NCBI RefSeq assembly: GCF_016432865.1
Contig: NC_067402.1
Span: 61,008,001-61,072,000, forward strand
DNA: 64,000 bases
Direction: 5' to 3'
Source: Antechinus flavipes
Taxonomy: Eukaryota
Of this stretch, positions 14,065 to 27,099 are shown one piece after another. Under the pieces are notes generated by a model. That model searched no databases. It was given only the letters and a program-made list of their open reading frames with translations, and had not been told where the DNA came from. A program made the translations under genes and the position numbers. The stretch's first letter is position 1, and every line of letters begins with the position of its first letter.

Positions 14065-14640
14065 ACTGAAGCCAAGTTGGGAAGGTTTTAAATATAAAAT
14101 AGAATTTGTATTTGACCCTGGAGGCAACTGGGAACCACTAGAGCTTATTGACTCAAGATCATATTTCTGCTCCAGGTAACACTTTTGCAGCTGTGTAGAA
14201 GATAGGTTGGGGAAAGAAGGGAACTGAAACAGGGAGTCTATTTAAGATTCTACTGTAATACTCTGGGCCAGAACTGCAGAAAGCCTACAATAGAGTGTGA
14301 TTACATGAGGACAGAGGGGAAGGACTTGAGAGGTTGTAAAGGTAAAATCCACAAGACTAACAAGATTGGGAAACTGACTGGACCCTGGGAAGGTGGGAGC
14401 AGGGATGAAGAGTCAAGGACACTTGAGCAACCAGACCAGGGTGGTACCTGATACACAAATAAACAAGTTTAAAAGAGAGATATGGAAGGGGAGGTGGGAG
14501 GAAATAAGGAATCCCGTTGTAAACTCACTGACTTTTGAGATCTTTTTAGGAGATTCTTTGGAAGTGTGCAAAGAAAATATCTGGCCTGATAATGTGGGGC
14601 TGGAGCTGTGGGTCATGTAACTGACAAGGACACCTAAACT
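14065..14640 (-). mobile_element. L2 LINE fragment, opposite orientation
   Basis: ggaggcaactgggaaccactagagcttattga...ggagctgtgggtcat, the purine-rich L2 antisense pattern. Confidence 0.7.
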
Positions 14641-17600
14641 CCGGGAAGCGTGATGAAAGTCCCAAGAGGTCTATTGTGCAGGAGGTCACTAGAGAGAGCA
14701 ATGTCTCCAAAAACTTATATCTATCATCAGGCATTATACAATGGTATTGGGGGGGGGGGGGTGGCATTTATACAGCACTTTACAAATACTACCTCACAAA
14801 ATCCTCACAATGATCCTGTGAAGGTGTTATTATTATTCCCATTTTAATAGATAAGGAAACTGAGGCAAACATAAATCACACAGGTAGTAACAGTCTGAGC
14901 CTAGATTTAAACTTATCTTCCCGACTCCAGATCCAGCACTGTCTTTAATTTCCTACCTATTTATCTATTTTATTACATATATATGTTATTATTCATATAT
15001 ATAATTCAAATGTAATGTCTAACTCGGGCCATGTCTGAATTACCGCAATTTTTTCTTTTTTTTTTTTGGGGGGGGGAGGAGGTTCAAATTAATGAGTCAT
15101 TGCTAAGTAATTTTTAGCACACTTATAACATAATGAATTACCATGATTTGATCTATTTCATACATTAACTTAACCATTCAAGTGTTTTCCAGCAATAGTG
15201 ATGAGCTTGAGCTGAACCATCCTCACATTCCTATACAACTGAGATCCCTTTAGGATCCAAACCAAAGACATGTGTAGCTCAGCTCAATGGTGCTACCCAC
15301 AAATAATAACAGTCTTTCTTTCATGTGAAGCTAAAGGGCTTACTATTTAATCACTCACACACCTTTGATGACCACATTTTACCAAGATTAAGCTTTACCA
15401 GTGATGGCAAGTGATGAATTTGTTTCAGGGAGGTATCTGGGGTAGTAGGCCTGAAATTAGAAAGACCTGGATTAAAATCCAAACTGGTTGTATGGATCTT
15501 CACCAAGTCACTTAATTTTTATTTATCTCAGTTCCTCAACCACAAAAAAGAAATAACAAGAGTTCCCACCTCCCAGTGTTGTTGGGGTGAGGTCATCTTT
15601 TTAAGGTGCTTAGCACAGTGTATGGTGCATAGAAAGCAGTTTATGTTACCTATATTAATAGCATGACCATACACACACACACACACACACACACGCACAA
15701 TGTCACATCGATAAAATCTTAATGCCTCATTTATTCCATTCTATCAACAATTCCATGACACCATAACATAAACTCCTTATTACTATTATACTTAAAATCC
15801 ATTCCTCACATCAGTGGTTCCCTATCCCTGGATCATCTTTTTGACACTCCTAGAAAATGAAGCAATAGAATCTACAAAACGTAAAAACTGAACAATCACT
15901 CCAACACAAAATCCAGTAACAGTCACCTTCCTATAATTTTCACAACTGGTAGGAAAATGTTATAAAGGGGAAAAAAAGCTTATGTAATCCTATTCCTGTT
16001 TTTTGTTCTGCTACATCACAAGATCATTAAAACCAAGAATGTATAAGTATATCCATTTGTTTATATTCACAGCAAAAATATTTACTAAGTCCTGTTATCT
16101 GGATCCTAATCCACAGAAAAGCACTCTATTGTCTTGGCACCACTGAACAAATGATATTTAAGGTAGTTAATGATACATTTTATTCATCTCCACCATAACC
16201 AGGAAACAGGACATCAGAGGAGGCAGTATGGTACCTGAGAAAACTGTTTCATTTGTGATCAAAACCCTAGCTTAAATCTTACCTATTCATTACATGACTA
16301 TGAACACTCTTTGGGTCTCATTCTTTTCAATTATAAAAATGATGAGGCTGATCAAAATCTATGACCTCACGATTTCTCTCACAGATGTACCAGTACTGTT
16401 AAATGCATATCATGCAACAGACAGGTACAGAAGCAGGGATAAGTCCATTTTAGTAGAAACATTGGAAGGGCTTTGCAAGCACAGGAGATGCTAAAATGAA
16501 AGTTTTAAGTTTTCTTTAATCTTTTCTTTGCTTTTCTTCCTTCTCTTTTCTCCTCTCTTAATTAGCTCCTTTCTTCCCCTCTATTTCCAAAGTCTTATGC
16601 CTGCCAGTAGCACTCATCATTTAAAAATATTATCCAACTTATTAGAAGTCCTTTTTGTGTTCCCGCTACTTTACTTTATTATATATCTAATAGATACCTA
16701 TTGAATTGAATCGAGCCAATCCCACAAATGAGAACCAACCTAAGAAAGTTATTGGTTTCTTCTCTGTATCTTTTTTGAATCTGTAATAACAGTCATAAGA
16801 GTAGGATTTTGATACAAATCCCTCCCAAATTTGACAGATTTTCTCATCTACTCTTAGAGGAAGGAAATTTGCAAATTATGAATCTCAGAATATAATTTTA
16901 AAACGACTTGTACCTACTGTACCTGAGCAAAAATGTTCTCTACAACATCTCTTCAAAGGACTATTTAGCATCCATTTAATGGACCATACAGATGGGGAAT
17001 GTCATCAAACAATGCATTTCCATTCTACTTTAGTACAGGTAGAACTGAAGAACAAGGAAGTTAAATTTAGGTTCAAATTGTATTCTGAACAGTTCCTTAA
17101 GATCTATTATCCTCTAACAATATCATGTGATTCTGCTAGTTCACTTTCTTTACATTTTTCCCATAGTGTTGTTACAGACCCTGTTTTAACCTAGACAGCA
17201 ACATTTGAAACTTTCACTTTTCCAAACAGATTAATTCAGGACAGTAGCAGCCAGTTTTCTCATGTCCTCCAACCCACAGAACTTTTGGCTTCAAATAATC
17301 CAGCACAACTCTGTCTATACTTCAGAGGAGAAATCAAAGATTCAGATACAAAGGACCTGGAAGCATTCTTCAAACATTTAAACAGGAAATAGGAATTTAG
17401 TGAAAAGGAGATCAGGGACCAGGAAGTTTATATAGTAAAGATGGTTTAACTACAAACAGTGAGCTCATAAAGGGCTATACCTGTCTAGGCTAGACAGTAC
17501 TACTCCTTCTCCATTGCTTTCTTCCAATGTGCTGAAATAGATTCTAGGAAACATCTCCGTTTCATAAGAAGATGAAACTAAGGCTCATGAAGAGTATCCA

Positions 17601-19460
17601 CGTGCTGGATTACACAGCTTAGTAATGGACTGGGAAAGGAGGAGGGGAAAAAATTATAGGGAGAGATAACTGATCTGAAAGGCTCTCACTTAAAAAATAA
17701 AACCAGGCTTGTTGCTTGATTCCAATGGATAGACCTATGAGTAAATGGATGAAGATTAAACAAAAGAAAGTTGACAGTTGATTGCAAAGATAAACACTGA
17801 ATATAGCTATCAAAAAATGAAATTGGCAGAGAACCTCATCTGTGAACAAGAATTGAGTAACTACTACCACACTTCTGTCCCCCTCCTCTTCTACATCCCA
17901 GTTATTGTAAGAGTTGGAATTAAGTGACCTATGGTTAGATTAAGTCATCAAGTAAGGTGATACAGTCATTCTAATAAAGTAACAAGATCATCAAATTTCA
18001 TAAGTGATCCCTAGCTTACTGAGTCATTTATCAACTTCTTTGATTTATTTCAAAAAAAAAACTTTCCCCTACGATTTGCCCAGCTCAAGGAACACTTAAA
18101 GGACCCTATGTCTCATAAAGTTACTAACTCCTCTTTTAGATGATTAAGACAGATGAAGTAGAGGTTAAATGAAATAGAGATATAATGCTATAACTTATTA
18201 AAACCCCAAAAAGGAAAAGTTCAAAATGCAATTGCTTCTTTTTTGTTTCCCTAATTATGAAGTTTTATGTTTTAAGTTAATGTAACATCTATCTTATCCT
18301 TTTCTTTTAAGTTGCCATTCGAAATCCATATTTTATTACTGTAATGTAACTCCATTAGTGAAAGAACCAGAAAGTATATTGATGGATCAATCTTGAACTG
18401 GCAGGATAGACTGAACAAGCTTTCCTCATCTCCAATTTCTATGATTCATTAGTCTTTTATGCTCAGCCCCCACAATAGCAATATTTTTTCCTCCTCTCCA
18501 CAAAATGGAGGCTGTTAATATAGAAGAAAAATGAACTAACCATCAAAAGATGCATTTATTTTCTATGCCAACAAAAAACAGTCATGTCTGAAGTGAAAAA
18601 AGCAGAATTTTAACTACTTATCGAAATTGCACACATTATCTTTGACCAAATAGAAAAATAGTAAACTGATTTTCCCTTCAAGTCTGAAAAGACACAATTT
18701 TATAATGAAGAAAACAAAAAATGATCAACAATCAATAAATAAATGACAATTTTCAAGGTACTAAGTCAGGTCAAATTAACAATTGGATAGGCTTCTATCA
18801 ATTCTTTCAGAGGAGCCACCATAAAAATTATTTCTGATTTATAAAAGCAATTTGGATTAGAAATACTTCACATACTATTGACTGAAGAATACTGGGGGAG
18901 GAAAAAAAGAATAGAAGAACCCACTAGTTTTTGCCTATTTTTTTTTTAGACAATTCAAAAGCAACTGAGTTACAAAATAAAAAATGAACTCTCACCAAAC
19001 ATTAGGATAACTGCATTTTTTCAAAAGATGATATTATTTTAAAGAAATTTCTATTTTATTTTTGAATGAAAAAAGCCTAGAGCTTCAAAATACAGTTTAA
19101 AAAAAGAACTGATTTCAGAATTTTACCTAATGTATATGCCATATGTATCATATGAAATGAATAAACTATTGACTATTCATTTAGTCTATCAGTTTTGTTT
19201 TTAAAAAAATAGTTAATAGTCTCCCCTCCCCCATCAATTAAAGCTCTACAAATAAGCCTTCCGTTGCTCTATCTAATCATAATTCTTTTTTTGAAAAAAT
19301 TCAGATATTGAATAGGCAATTCAAAAATAGCTATTTCTACACAAAATAATACTTGGAAAGATTACTTCTAATTGTTAAAGCATTGCTCTGCAGTATTTCC
19401 TTATTTTGCTTAAGAAAGTATTTAACAATAAACAAGCATTAAAATATATTTAAGACAAAC

Positions 19461-19544
19461 CTGACCACTCCAAGCACAGTAGAGATTACATAAAAAACTC
19501 CAATTATGGTTGATCATGCAGTCTAAAATCCTGAATTGGGCCAT
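19461..19544 (-). CDS. ARHGAP21: Candidate alternative first coding exon of ARHGAP21 (MAQFRILDCMINHNWSFLCNLYCAWSGQ)
   Basis: Kozak gtgATGG at 19544, 28 open codons, then a CAG|gtttgt donor in phase 0 that joins in frame to the 1513 acceptor. A regulatory motif cluster lies directly upstream. Confidence 0.6.
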
Positions 19545-21249
19545 CACTGCTTATAGCGTAGTCTGCATCTCTGCTCTGACTCAGCTTTTGTCCGTATGGA
19601 ACTCTGTTAAGAGAGCTATGCAGGAATGAGATTCCGGAATAGGACCTTCCCTCCCCTGTTTGTCAAGTCAGCAATAACTAACTGAAAGGGCTACATCACA
19701 CTTTTAGGCACTAAACAGTGTCTAAAACAAATGCTATGTTCCAAATTCTAGAAAAAGGATAAGATTACTTTTCCTATTTTATTAGGTTATTTTTAGGTCT
19801 TTAATGATTCATTAGATTTTAATTTTATTAGATCTTAATAGGTTATTAATGATATTTAAATAAAATGCACATTATTTACTATATTTGTTTCTCTCTGGGT
19901 ACAAGGAATTAATTACCCATGTACAAGCACTGTTAGCAGAAATACAATTTAGGTACTTTTTAGACGTTGAGACAGTAGGTATTAGAAATATAAATGCTTT
20001 GTTATATAAAGGAGACTATTATATAAAGGTTAGGAGGGAATAAAGAAGGAATAAGCAGATATCAGTGATAAAGAAAACAGACCGAGAATTAGAAACTGAT
20101 TAGTTGGTCTAGGATGCAGTACACAATTCATGAGACACTTAGGATCTACTGTGCGCAAAGAATTATGGTAGTTACTAGGGGAATAAAAATAATGAAATAA
20201 GATGCCAATCTTGTCTTTAAGGACATTACAATCCAACAGAAACAATTGTAGGGGAGAGCAGAGCATGAGATATATTCAGTTCCTAACAGAAGAAATCATC
20301 AAAGAAAATGGCAGTGTTAATTGGATAATTATGACATGCAGCCTGTGAAAAATTAGTCTTTTTTTCTTTAAATACCAAGGAACAGGCCCTCTAGATACTA
20401 ATGGTTTTCATTCAGCTGCATATGCTTCTCTCATCTGGCCCCAAAGTCCCAGACCCTCCCTTGACACCTTGACACTACTGATGATGCCTGGAGGCCTCCT
20501 CCCCTAGACGGAATCCCTTTCTTAATTCCAGAAGAACCGAGCGTAGAAGTCCTATGCTGCTGCTGCTGCTTGGTATAGGAAGATGGAAGATATATATTCT
20601 TGACATCCCAAACGCCAAAGGAATTTTCACCTACAAAGAGCTGTTAACTTCTATGAGACCATTAGCATTTCAGTTTGGCTGCATTCTATGTTATAAGCAG
20701 GGACTTTGGTGGTTCCCTGCTCCATTCACAAAGTCCCCTTGAGTTCAGGATCTCACCACCAGGGTCTATTACTGTAGTGTCCTACTTGCTCTCCTTACCT
20801 CAAGCCTTTACCCACTCCATTCTATTCCATACAGGATCTAGCAAAAGTTCTAAACCTCAACCTTTACTCAAATCAATCACTATAGCTTTCAATGATCTTT
20901 GAAGGTCAAAGAGAAACTCCTCTGTTTTGCCATTAAAGCTCTTTCTGTCTTGGCCCCTTCCTACTTTTCCAATTTTGTCACACTTCTTTCCAAGTTTTCT
21001 ATAATTGTCAGGTTTGTCCACTTGCTGTGCTGCATAAACATATTCCATTTTCCATCCCTGGCACCATTTCCAACCCTAGAATGCATTTCCATATTTTCCT
21101 CTGTTATGAATCTCTACTCCCTTTCCCCAGTAGTTACTGCTCTCCTCCTAAAACTCCCAGATAATCATTTTGTAAATTGTGAATGGAAATATCTCTCCCA
21201 TTAAATTCTTTGAGAATGAGAACTGTTTCATCTTTTCTTTAAGAAATAA

Positions 21250-22888
21250 GCTAGGGGGTATACCAGATCTAAAATTATATTGTAAAACAGTGGTTACCAA
21301 AGCCATTTGGTATTGGCTAAGAAATAAACTAGTTGATCAGTGGAATAGGTTAGGTTCAAAGAACAAAACAGTCAATAACTTTAATAATCTAGTGTTTGAC
21401 AAACCCAAAGACCCCAGCTTTGGGGATAAGAACTCACTGTTTGACAAAAACTGCTGGGAATATTGGAAATTAGTATGGCAGAAACTAGGCATTGACCCAC
21501 ACTTAACACCGTACACCAAGATAAGGTCAAAATGGGTTCATGACCTAGGTATAAAGAATGAGATTATAAATAAATTAGAATAACATAGGATAGTTTACCT
21601 CTCAGACCTGTGGAGGAGGAAGGAATTTGTGATCAAAGAAGAACTAGAGATGATTACTGATCACAAAATAGAAAATTTTGATTATATAAAATTAAAAAGT
21701 TTTTGTACAAACAAAACTAATGCAGACAAGATTGGAAGGGAAACAATAAACTGGGAAAACATTTTTACAGTCAAAGGTTCTGATAAAGGCCTCATTTCCA
21801 AAATATAAAAAGAATTGACTGTAATTTTTAAAAAATCAAGCCATTCTCCAATTGATAAATGGTCAAAGGATATGAACAGACAATTCTCAGACAAAGAAAC
21901 TGAAACTATTTCTAGCCATATGAAAAGATGCTCCAAGTCATTATTAATCAGAGAAATGCAAATTAAGACAACTCTGAGATACCACTACACACCTGTCAAG
22001 ATTGGCTAGAATGACAGGGAAAGATAATATGGAATACTGGAGGGAATGTGGGAAAACTGGGACCCCGATACATTGTTGGTGGAATTGTGAATACATCCAG
22101 CCATTCTGGAGAGCAATTTGGAACTATGCTCAAAAAGTTATCAAGCTGTGCATACCCTTTGACCCAGCAGTGCTACTACTAGGCTTATATCTCACAGAGA
22201 TCTTAAAGAAGGGAGAGGGACCTGTATGTGCAAGAATGTTTGTGGCAGCCCTGTTTGTAGTGGCTAGAAACTGGAAACTGAGTGGATGCCCATCAATTGG
22301 AGAATGGCTGAATAAATTGTGGTACATGAATGTTATGGAATATTATTGTTCTGTAAGAAATGACCAGCAGGATGAATGCAGAGAGGCATGAAGAGACTTA
22401 TGTAAACTGATGCTGAGTGAAATGAGCAGGACCGGGAGATCATTATATACTTCAACAACAATACTATATGATGATCAATTCTGATGGGTGGCCCTCTTCA
22501 ACAATGAGATGACCCAAATCAGTTCCAATAGAGCAGTAATGAATTGAACCAGCTAAACCCAGCAAAAGAATTCTGGGAAATGAGTATGAACCACTTCATA
22601 GAATTCCCAATCCCTCTATTTTTGTCCACCTGCAATTTTGATTTCCTTCACAGGTTAATTGTACAACTATTTCAAAGTCCAATTCTTTTTGTACAGCAAA
22701 ATAACTATATGGCCATGTATATATGACCATATGTAAACATATTTAACTTATACAACATATATTGGTCAACCTGCCATCTAGGGGAAGGGGTGGGGAGAAG
22801 GAAGGGAAAAATTGGAACAAAAGGTTTTGCAACTGTCAATGCTGAAAAATTACTCATGCATATAACTTCTAAATAAAAAGAAAAAGAA
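21250..22888 (+). mobile_element. 5'-truncated L1 (~1.64 kb) with TSD AAGAAATAA (21241-21249 / 22889-22897)
   Basis: ORF2 remnants (IPDLKLYCK..IWYWLRNKLVDQWNRLGS; HSPIDKWSKDMNRQF; CIPFDPAVLLLGLY) with stops and frameshifts; 3'UTR and A-rich tail. Confidence 0.93.
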
Positions 22889-22954
22889 AAGAAATAATTT
22901 GTTTAACAGTTATGCCCTGTAAATAAACTCAGTTGATACAACTCAAAAAAAAGA

Positions 22955-22996
22955 AGCAGCGGCAGCAAGCAGCAATTGCTGCTTGCTGCTGCTGCT
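22955..22996. repeat. 42-bp spacerless near-perfect palindrome of CAG/CTG-like units
   Basis: AGCAGCGGCAGCAAGCAGCAA|TTGCTGCTTGCTGCTGCTGCT; perfect 28-bp core (22962-22989) with one G/T pair outside it. Confidence 0.95.
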
Positions 22997-23974
22997 AGTG
23001 GCTAATACACAGGAGGAACTCTGACTGACTGATCCCGGGAACTTAAACATCTAAAACATAATTTCTATGGGAAAATGCATTCTGAATATATACCTGGCAG
23101 ATGCAAATCCTGCCACCCTTCTCTAGGTTATCATCTGACTTCCAGTCTTACATTTCCAACTGTCTTTCAGATATCTCAAAATAGAAGTCCAATAGACATA
23201 TTCAAAAGTAAAGCTCTAGCTATTCACCCATGTCTCTCTCTTTCTCTCTCTAAATCCTCCTCCTAACTTCAACTCCCCTCCCCCGCAATATATACATACT
23301 TCTATATGAAGCCTTTTAAAATCTATCTTAGTTCTACTAGTGTTTTCCTTTGTTAATTAGTTCTAATTTAGACTCTAAGGCTAAGTAAAACTATAAGTAT
23401 TTACTAAGCACCTGCTAAGTAACAGGCTGTATTTTACAGGCTGGGGATAACAAAAAAGGCAAAAAGAGAGTTCATACTCTTAAGGATCTCACAATCTAAA
23501 GGCAGAAACATAAATAACGAGGAACATACAAGATATTTTTAGAGTAGATAAACTGAAAGGGGAAGGTGTTAGCTGCTGCAGAGACAGTCTTCCTGCAAGA
23601 ACAGAAACTTTCCTGTAATCTTATTTTCCTTAGCAAAATTAAATGATCCTTAATAAATCAAATATAGTTTTTATTTTATTTTTTTTTTTTACAAAGCTGA
23701 TCTACAACTGTTCTTAGGAAAGTAGGCAGAAACACTGAAAAACTAAATCAATGACCTAAAGTCAGAGAACTTAGGTCTTCCTGACTCTGAAATAAGGCTC
23801 TCCTAATCTACTAGCCCTACTTGTAGGTCACTCTACAAATTTGTAACCTGCTATGCTTTTTGAAAAAGCAAAAATGATATTGGTATACCAAAGCAAAAAA
23901 TTTTACCAGTGATTATTATAATCCAGCTTTTCTACTTAAAACAGTACCAGTTTAGTTTTCAAAGTCTTAATTTT

Positions 23975-24537
23975 TAAAACTAAAGCTTTTTATTTTCAAA
24001 ACATGTGCATAGATATATTTCAACATTCACCTTTAAACCTTGTGTTACATTTTTTCCTTTCCTTATCTCCACCTCCTCCCCTAGATAGCAATTAATCCAA
24101 TATATTTAAACATGCAATTCTATACATATTTCCACAATTATCACGCTGCACAAGAAAAATCAGATCAAAAAGGGGGGAAGGAAGGGAATGAGAAAGAAAA
24201 CAAAATGCAAGTAAAGAACAACAAAATTTTGGTGAAAATTCTATGTTGTGTTGTGTTGTGATCCACACTCAATCCCCATAGACCTCTCTATAGGTGCAGA
24301 TGGCTCTCTTCATTACAACATCACTGGAACTGGCCTGAATCACCTCCTTGTTGAAAAGAATCATGTCCATCAGAATTGATCATCATCTAACCTTGCTGTT
24401 GCTATAAACATTGTTCTCTTGGTTCTACTCACTTCACTTAACATCAGTTCATGTAAGTTTCTCTAGGCCTCTCTGAAATCTTACTGTTAATTGTTTCTTA
24501 TAGAACAATAATATTTCATAACATTCATATACCATAA
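23975..24537 (-). mobile_element. 5'-truncated L1 3' end with TSD CAAAGTCTTAATTTT (23960-23974 / 24538-24552)
   Basis: L1 3'UTR and the last ORF2 codons (LWYMNVMKYYCSIRN); perfect 15-bp direct repeat at the flanks. Confidence 0.9.
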
Positions 24538-25074
24538 CAAAGTCTTAATTTTCAATATACCTTGAAGCAAACCAAACGTGAAGTTGATTTTGTAGAACTG
24601 AACAAGATAAAAAGTTTCAGGTCTCCGTAATTTAAAAAACAGAATGAAATTTCCTTTGAAGCCAACTATCTGATTCCCCATTCTCTCTCCTAAATCTAAT
24701 AAAAAGAAGCAGTTCTCTTAGCTCTCATTCTTCATCTTAACTACCGCTGCTGTTAGTTGTTCAACCATTTCAGTCACATCCCATTCTTCAGGACTCTATT
24801 TGGGGTTTTCTTAGTCAAGATACTGGAATAGTTACCAATGCCTTGTCCAGCTCAATTGACAGATAAGAAAATTGAGGCTTTAAGACAGGTAGCCTATCCA
24901 TATGCCACCTAGCTGTGCCTGTAGGCAATTCCTGTAGGAAGTATTTGAAACAAACAGGGCCACATAAGGAAATGGGGTTAAAGGAATTTGGAAAATAAAA
25001 GGAAAAGCATATTAAGGAAAGGATCAGTAAAAAGCAAAACAAACTCAAAAAGAGGTTAAGAAACAAAAAGACAG

Positions 25075-26340
25075 GAATGAATTTGCGACAAAAGAAAAAT
25101 TGGAGATCATTATTGAACACAAAGTAGATAATTTTGATTCTATCAAGTTAAAAAGATTTTATATAAACAAAACTAATACAGACAAGATTAGAAGGGAAGC
25201 AATTAACTGGGAAAACATTTTTACATTCAGAGGTTCTGATAAAGGCCTCATTTTAAAACTATATAGAAAACTGACTCAAATGTATAAGAATTCAAGCCAT
25301 TCTCCAATTGATAAGTGGTCAAAGGATATGAACATAAAATTTTCAGATGAAATTTAAAAAATTTCTAATCATATGAAAAGGTGCTCTAAATCATTATGGA
25401 TCAGAGAAATACAAATTAAGACAACTCTGAGATATCATTACATACCTCTCAAATTGGCTAAAATTTTAGGAAAAGATAATGATGAATGTTGAAAGGGATG
25501 TGAGAAAACTGGGACACTAATACACATCATTGGTGGAATTGTGAACAGATGCAGAATTCTGGAGAGCAATCTGGAACTATGCCCAAACTGTGCATATCCT
25601 TTGATCCAGCAATATTACTACTAGGTCTAGGGACTACTAGAAAAGGGGCCCACATATGCAAAAATTTTGGGGGCAGCCCTTTTTGTAGTGGGAAGAGACT
25701 GGAAACTGGATGTCCATCAGTTGAAGAATGGTTGAATAAGTTATGGTATATGAATGTTAATGGAATATTATTGTTCTATAAGAAATGATCAGCAGGATGA
25801 TTTCAGAGAGGCCTGTAGAGACTTACATGAACTGATGCTAAGTGAAATAAGCAAAACCAGGAGATCGTTAAACATGGCAACAAGATTATATGATATTTAT
25901 ATGATGATCAATTCTGATGAATATAGCTCTTTTTCCACAATGAGATGATTCAGGCCAGTTTCAATGACCTTGTGATAAAGAGAGCCATCTGCAACCAGAG
26001 AGAAGACTGTGGGAACTGAGTGTGATTCACAAAATAGTATTTTCAGTAATTTGCTTTTATTTTCTTTCTCTTTTTTTATAATTTTTTTTATCTTTTTTTA
26101 ACTTTTTGATCTGATTTTTCTTGTGCAGCAAGATAATTGTATAAATATGTATGCCTATATTAGATTTAACATATATTTTTACTATGTTTAACATATATTG
26201 GATTCACCTGCCATCTAGGGGAGGGCAAGGGGGAAATGGGGGAAAATGGAAACACAAGGTTTTTCAAGGGTCAATGTTGAAATATTATCCTTGTATATGT
26301 TTTGAAAATAAAAAAACTTCAATTAAAAAGAAAAGAAAGG
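25075..26340 (+). mobile_element. 5'-truncated L1 (ORF2 3' part + 3'UTR); no TSD recognised
   Basis: EIIIEHKVDNFDSIKLKRF...HSPIDKWSKDMN remnants; A-rich tail near 26325-26337. Confidence 0.88.
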
Positions 26341-26439
26341 TTCAGTGAGTTTAATGATTAGCTCAAAGAGTGATAAAGCTAATAAAGTTTTGAAATAGGA
26401 TTTGAAAAACAAAAAACAAAAAGGAAAAGGATAAGCAAA

Positions 26440-27040
26440 TAGGATGGAAGGAAATATACAATTAACAATAATAACTAAAAATGTGAATGGGATGAACTCA
26501 TTCATAAAACAAAAAAATAAGAGAATGTATAAAAAACCATAATTCAACAAAAGCACCCTTGAAAAGAGCAGAGGTGGAACACAATTTTTGAAATGGACAG
26601 AGATACACAATTAAGTTAAAAAAATGGAACAAAATCTATTATACTTCAGCTTAAGTAAAAAAGACAGGGCAGTAAACACTGATTCAACCAAAGCAAAATC
26701 AAGAAGAAAGAAACAAACAAGGAAAATAGTTCCCCTTAGTACCTTGTTTCTTCTGGCCCAAAATATCTCCTTGTAGGATCAGATCAATAATAAATAGTGA
26801 ACCATACTAAATTAGATAATTATTGTCTCTATCAACTCTAATGACTTCACAGTTTGTAAAGATTCCAACAGAAAATATAGTCTGCTAGATATTACCATAA
26901 ATAATTAATTACTATTGACACTAAATATATATGCAAATAGCATAACATCTAAGTTTTTAAAGGAAGATTTAAGTAAATGACAGAGTAATAATGAAGGAAC
27001 TCTACCCTTCTCTTACCTAGATAAATCGAATCAAAATGTC
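26440..27040 (+). mobile_element. Old L1 fragment from the ORF2 endonuclease region
   Basis: aatgtgaatgggatgaactc (NVNGMNS, the start of marsupial ORF2) and aatctattatacttcagc match the L1 EN region as I recall it. Confidence 0.7.
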
Positions 27041-27099
27041 CATGGTACACAGTTCAAGATATCCAAAAAGCAACTCAAGATGCAAGACTGGAGGATAGG

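Noticed and set aside
20440-20640. Slightly CpG-richer stretch with a short (CTG)n run that looked like a retrocopy fragment
   Set aside because: No frame gave a protein I recognise, and there is no tail or TSD. A BLASTX search would be needed.
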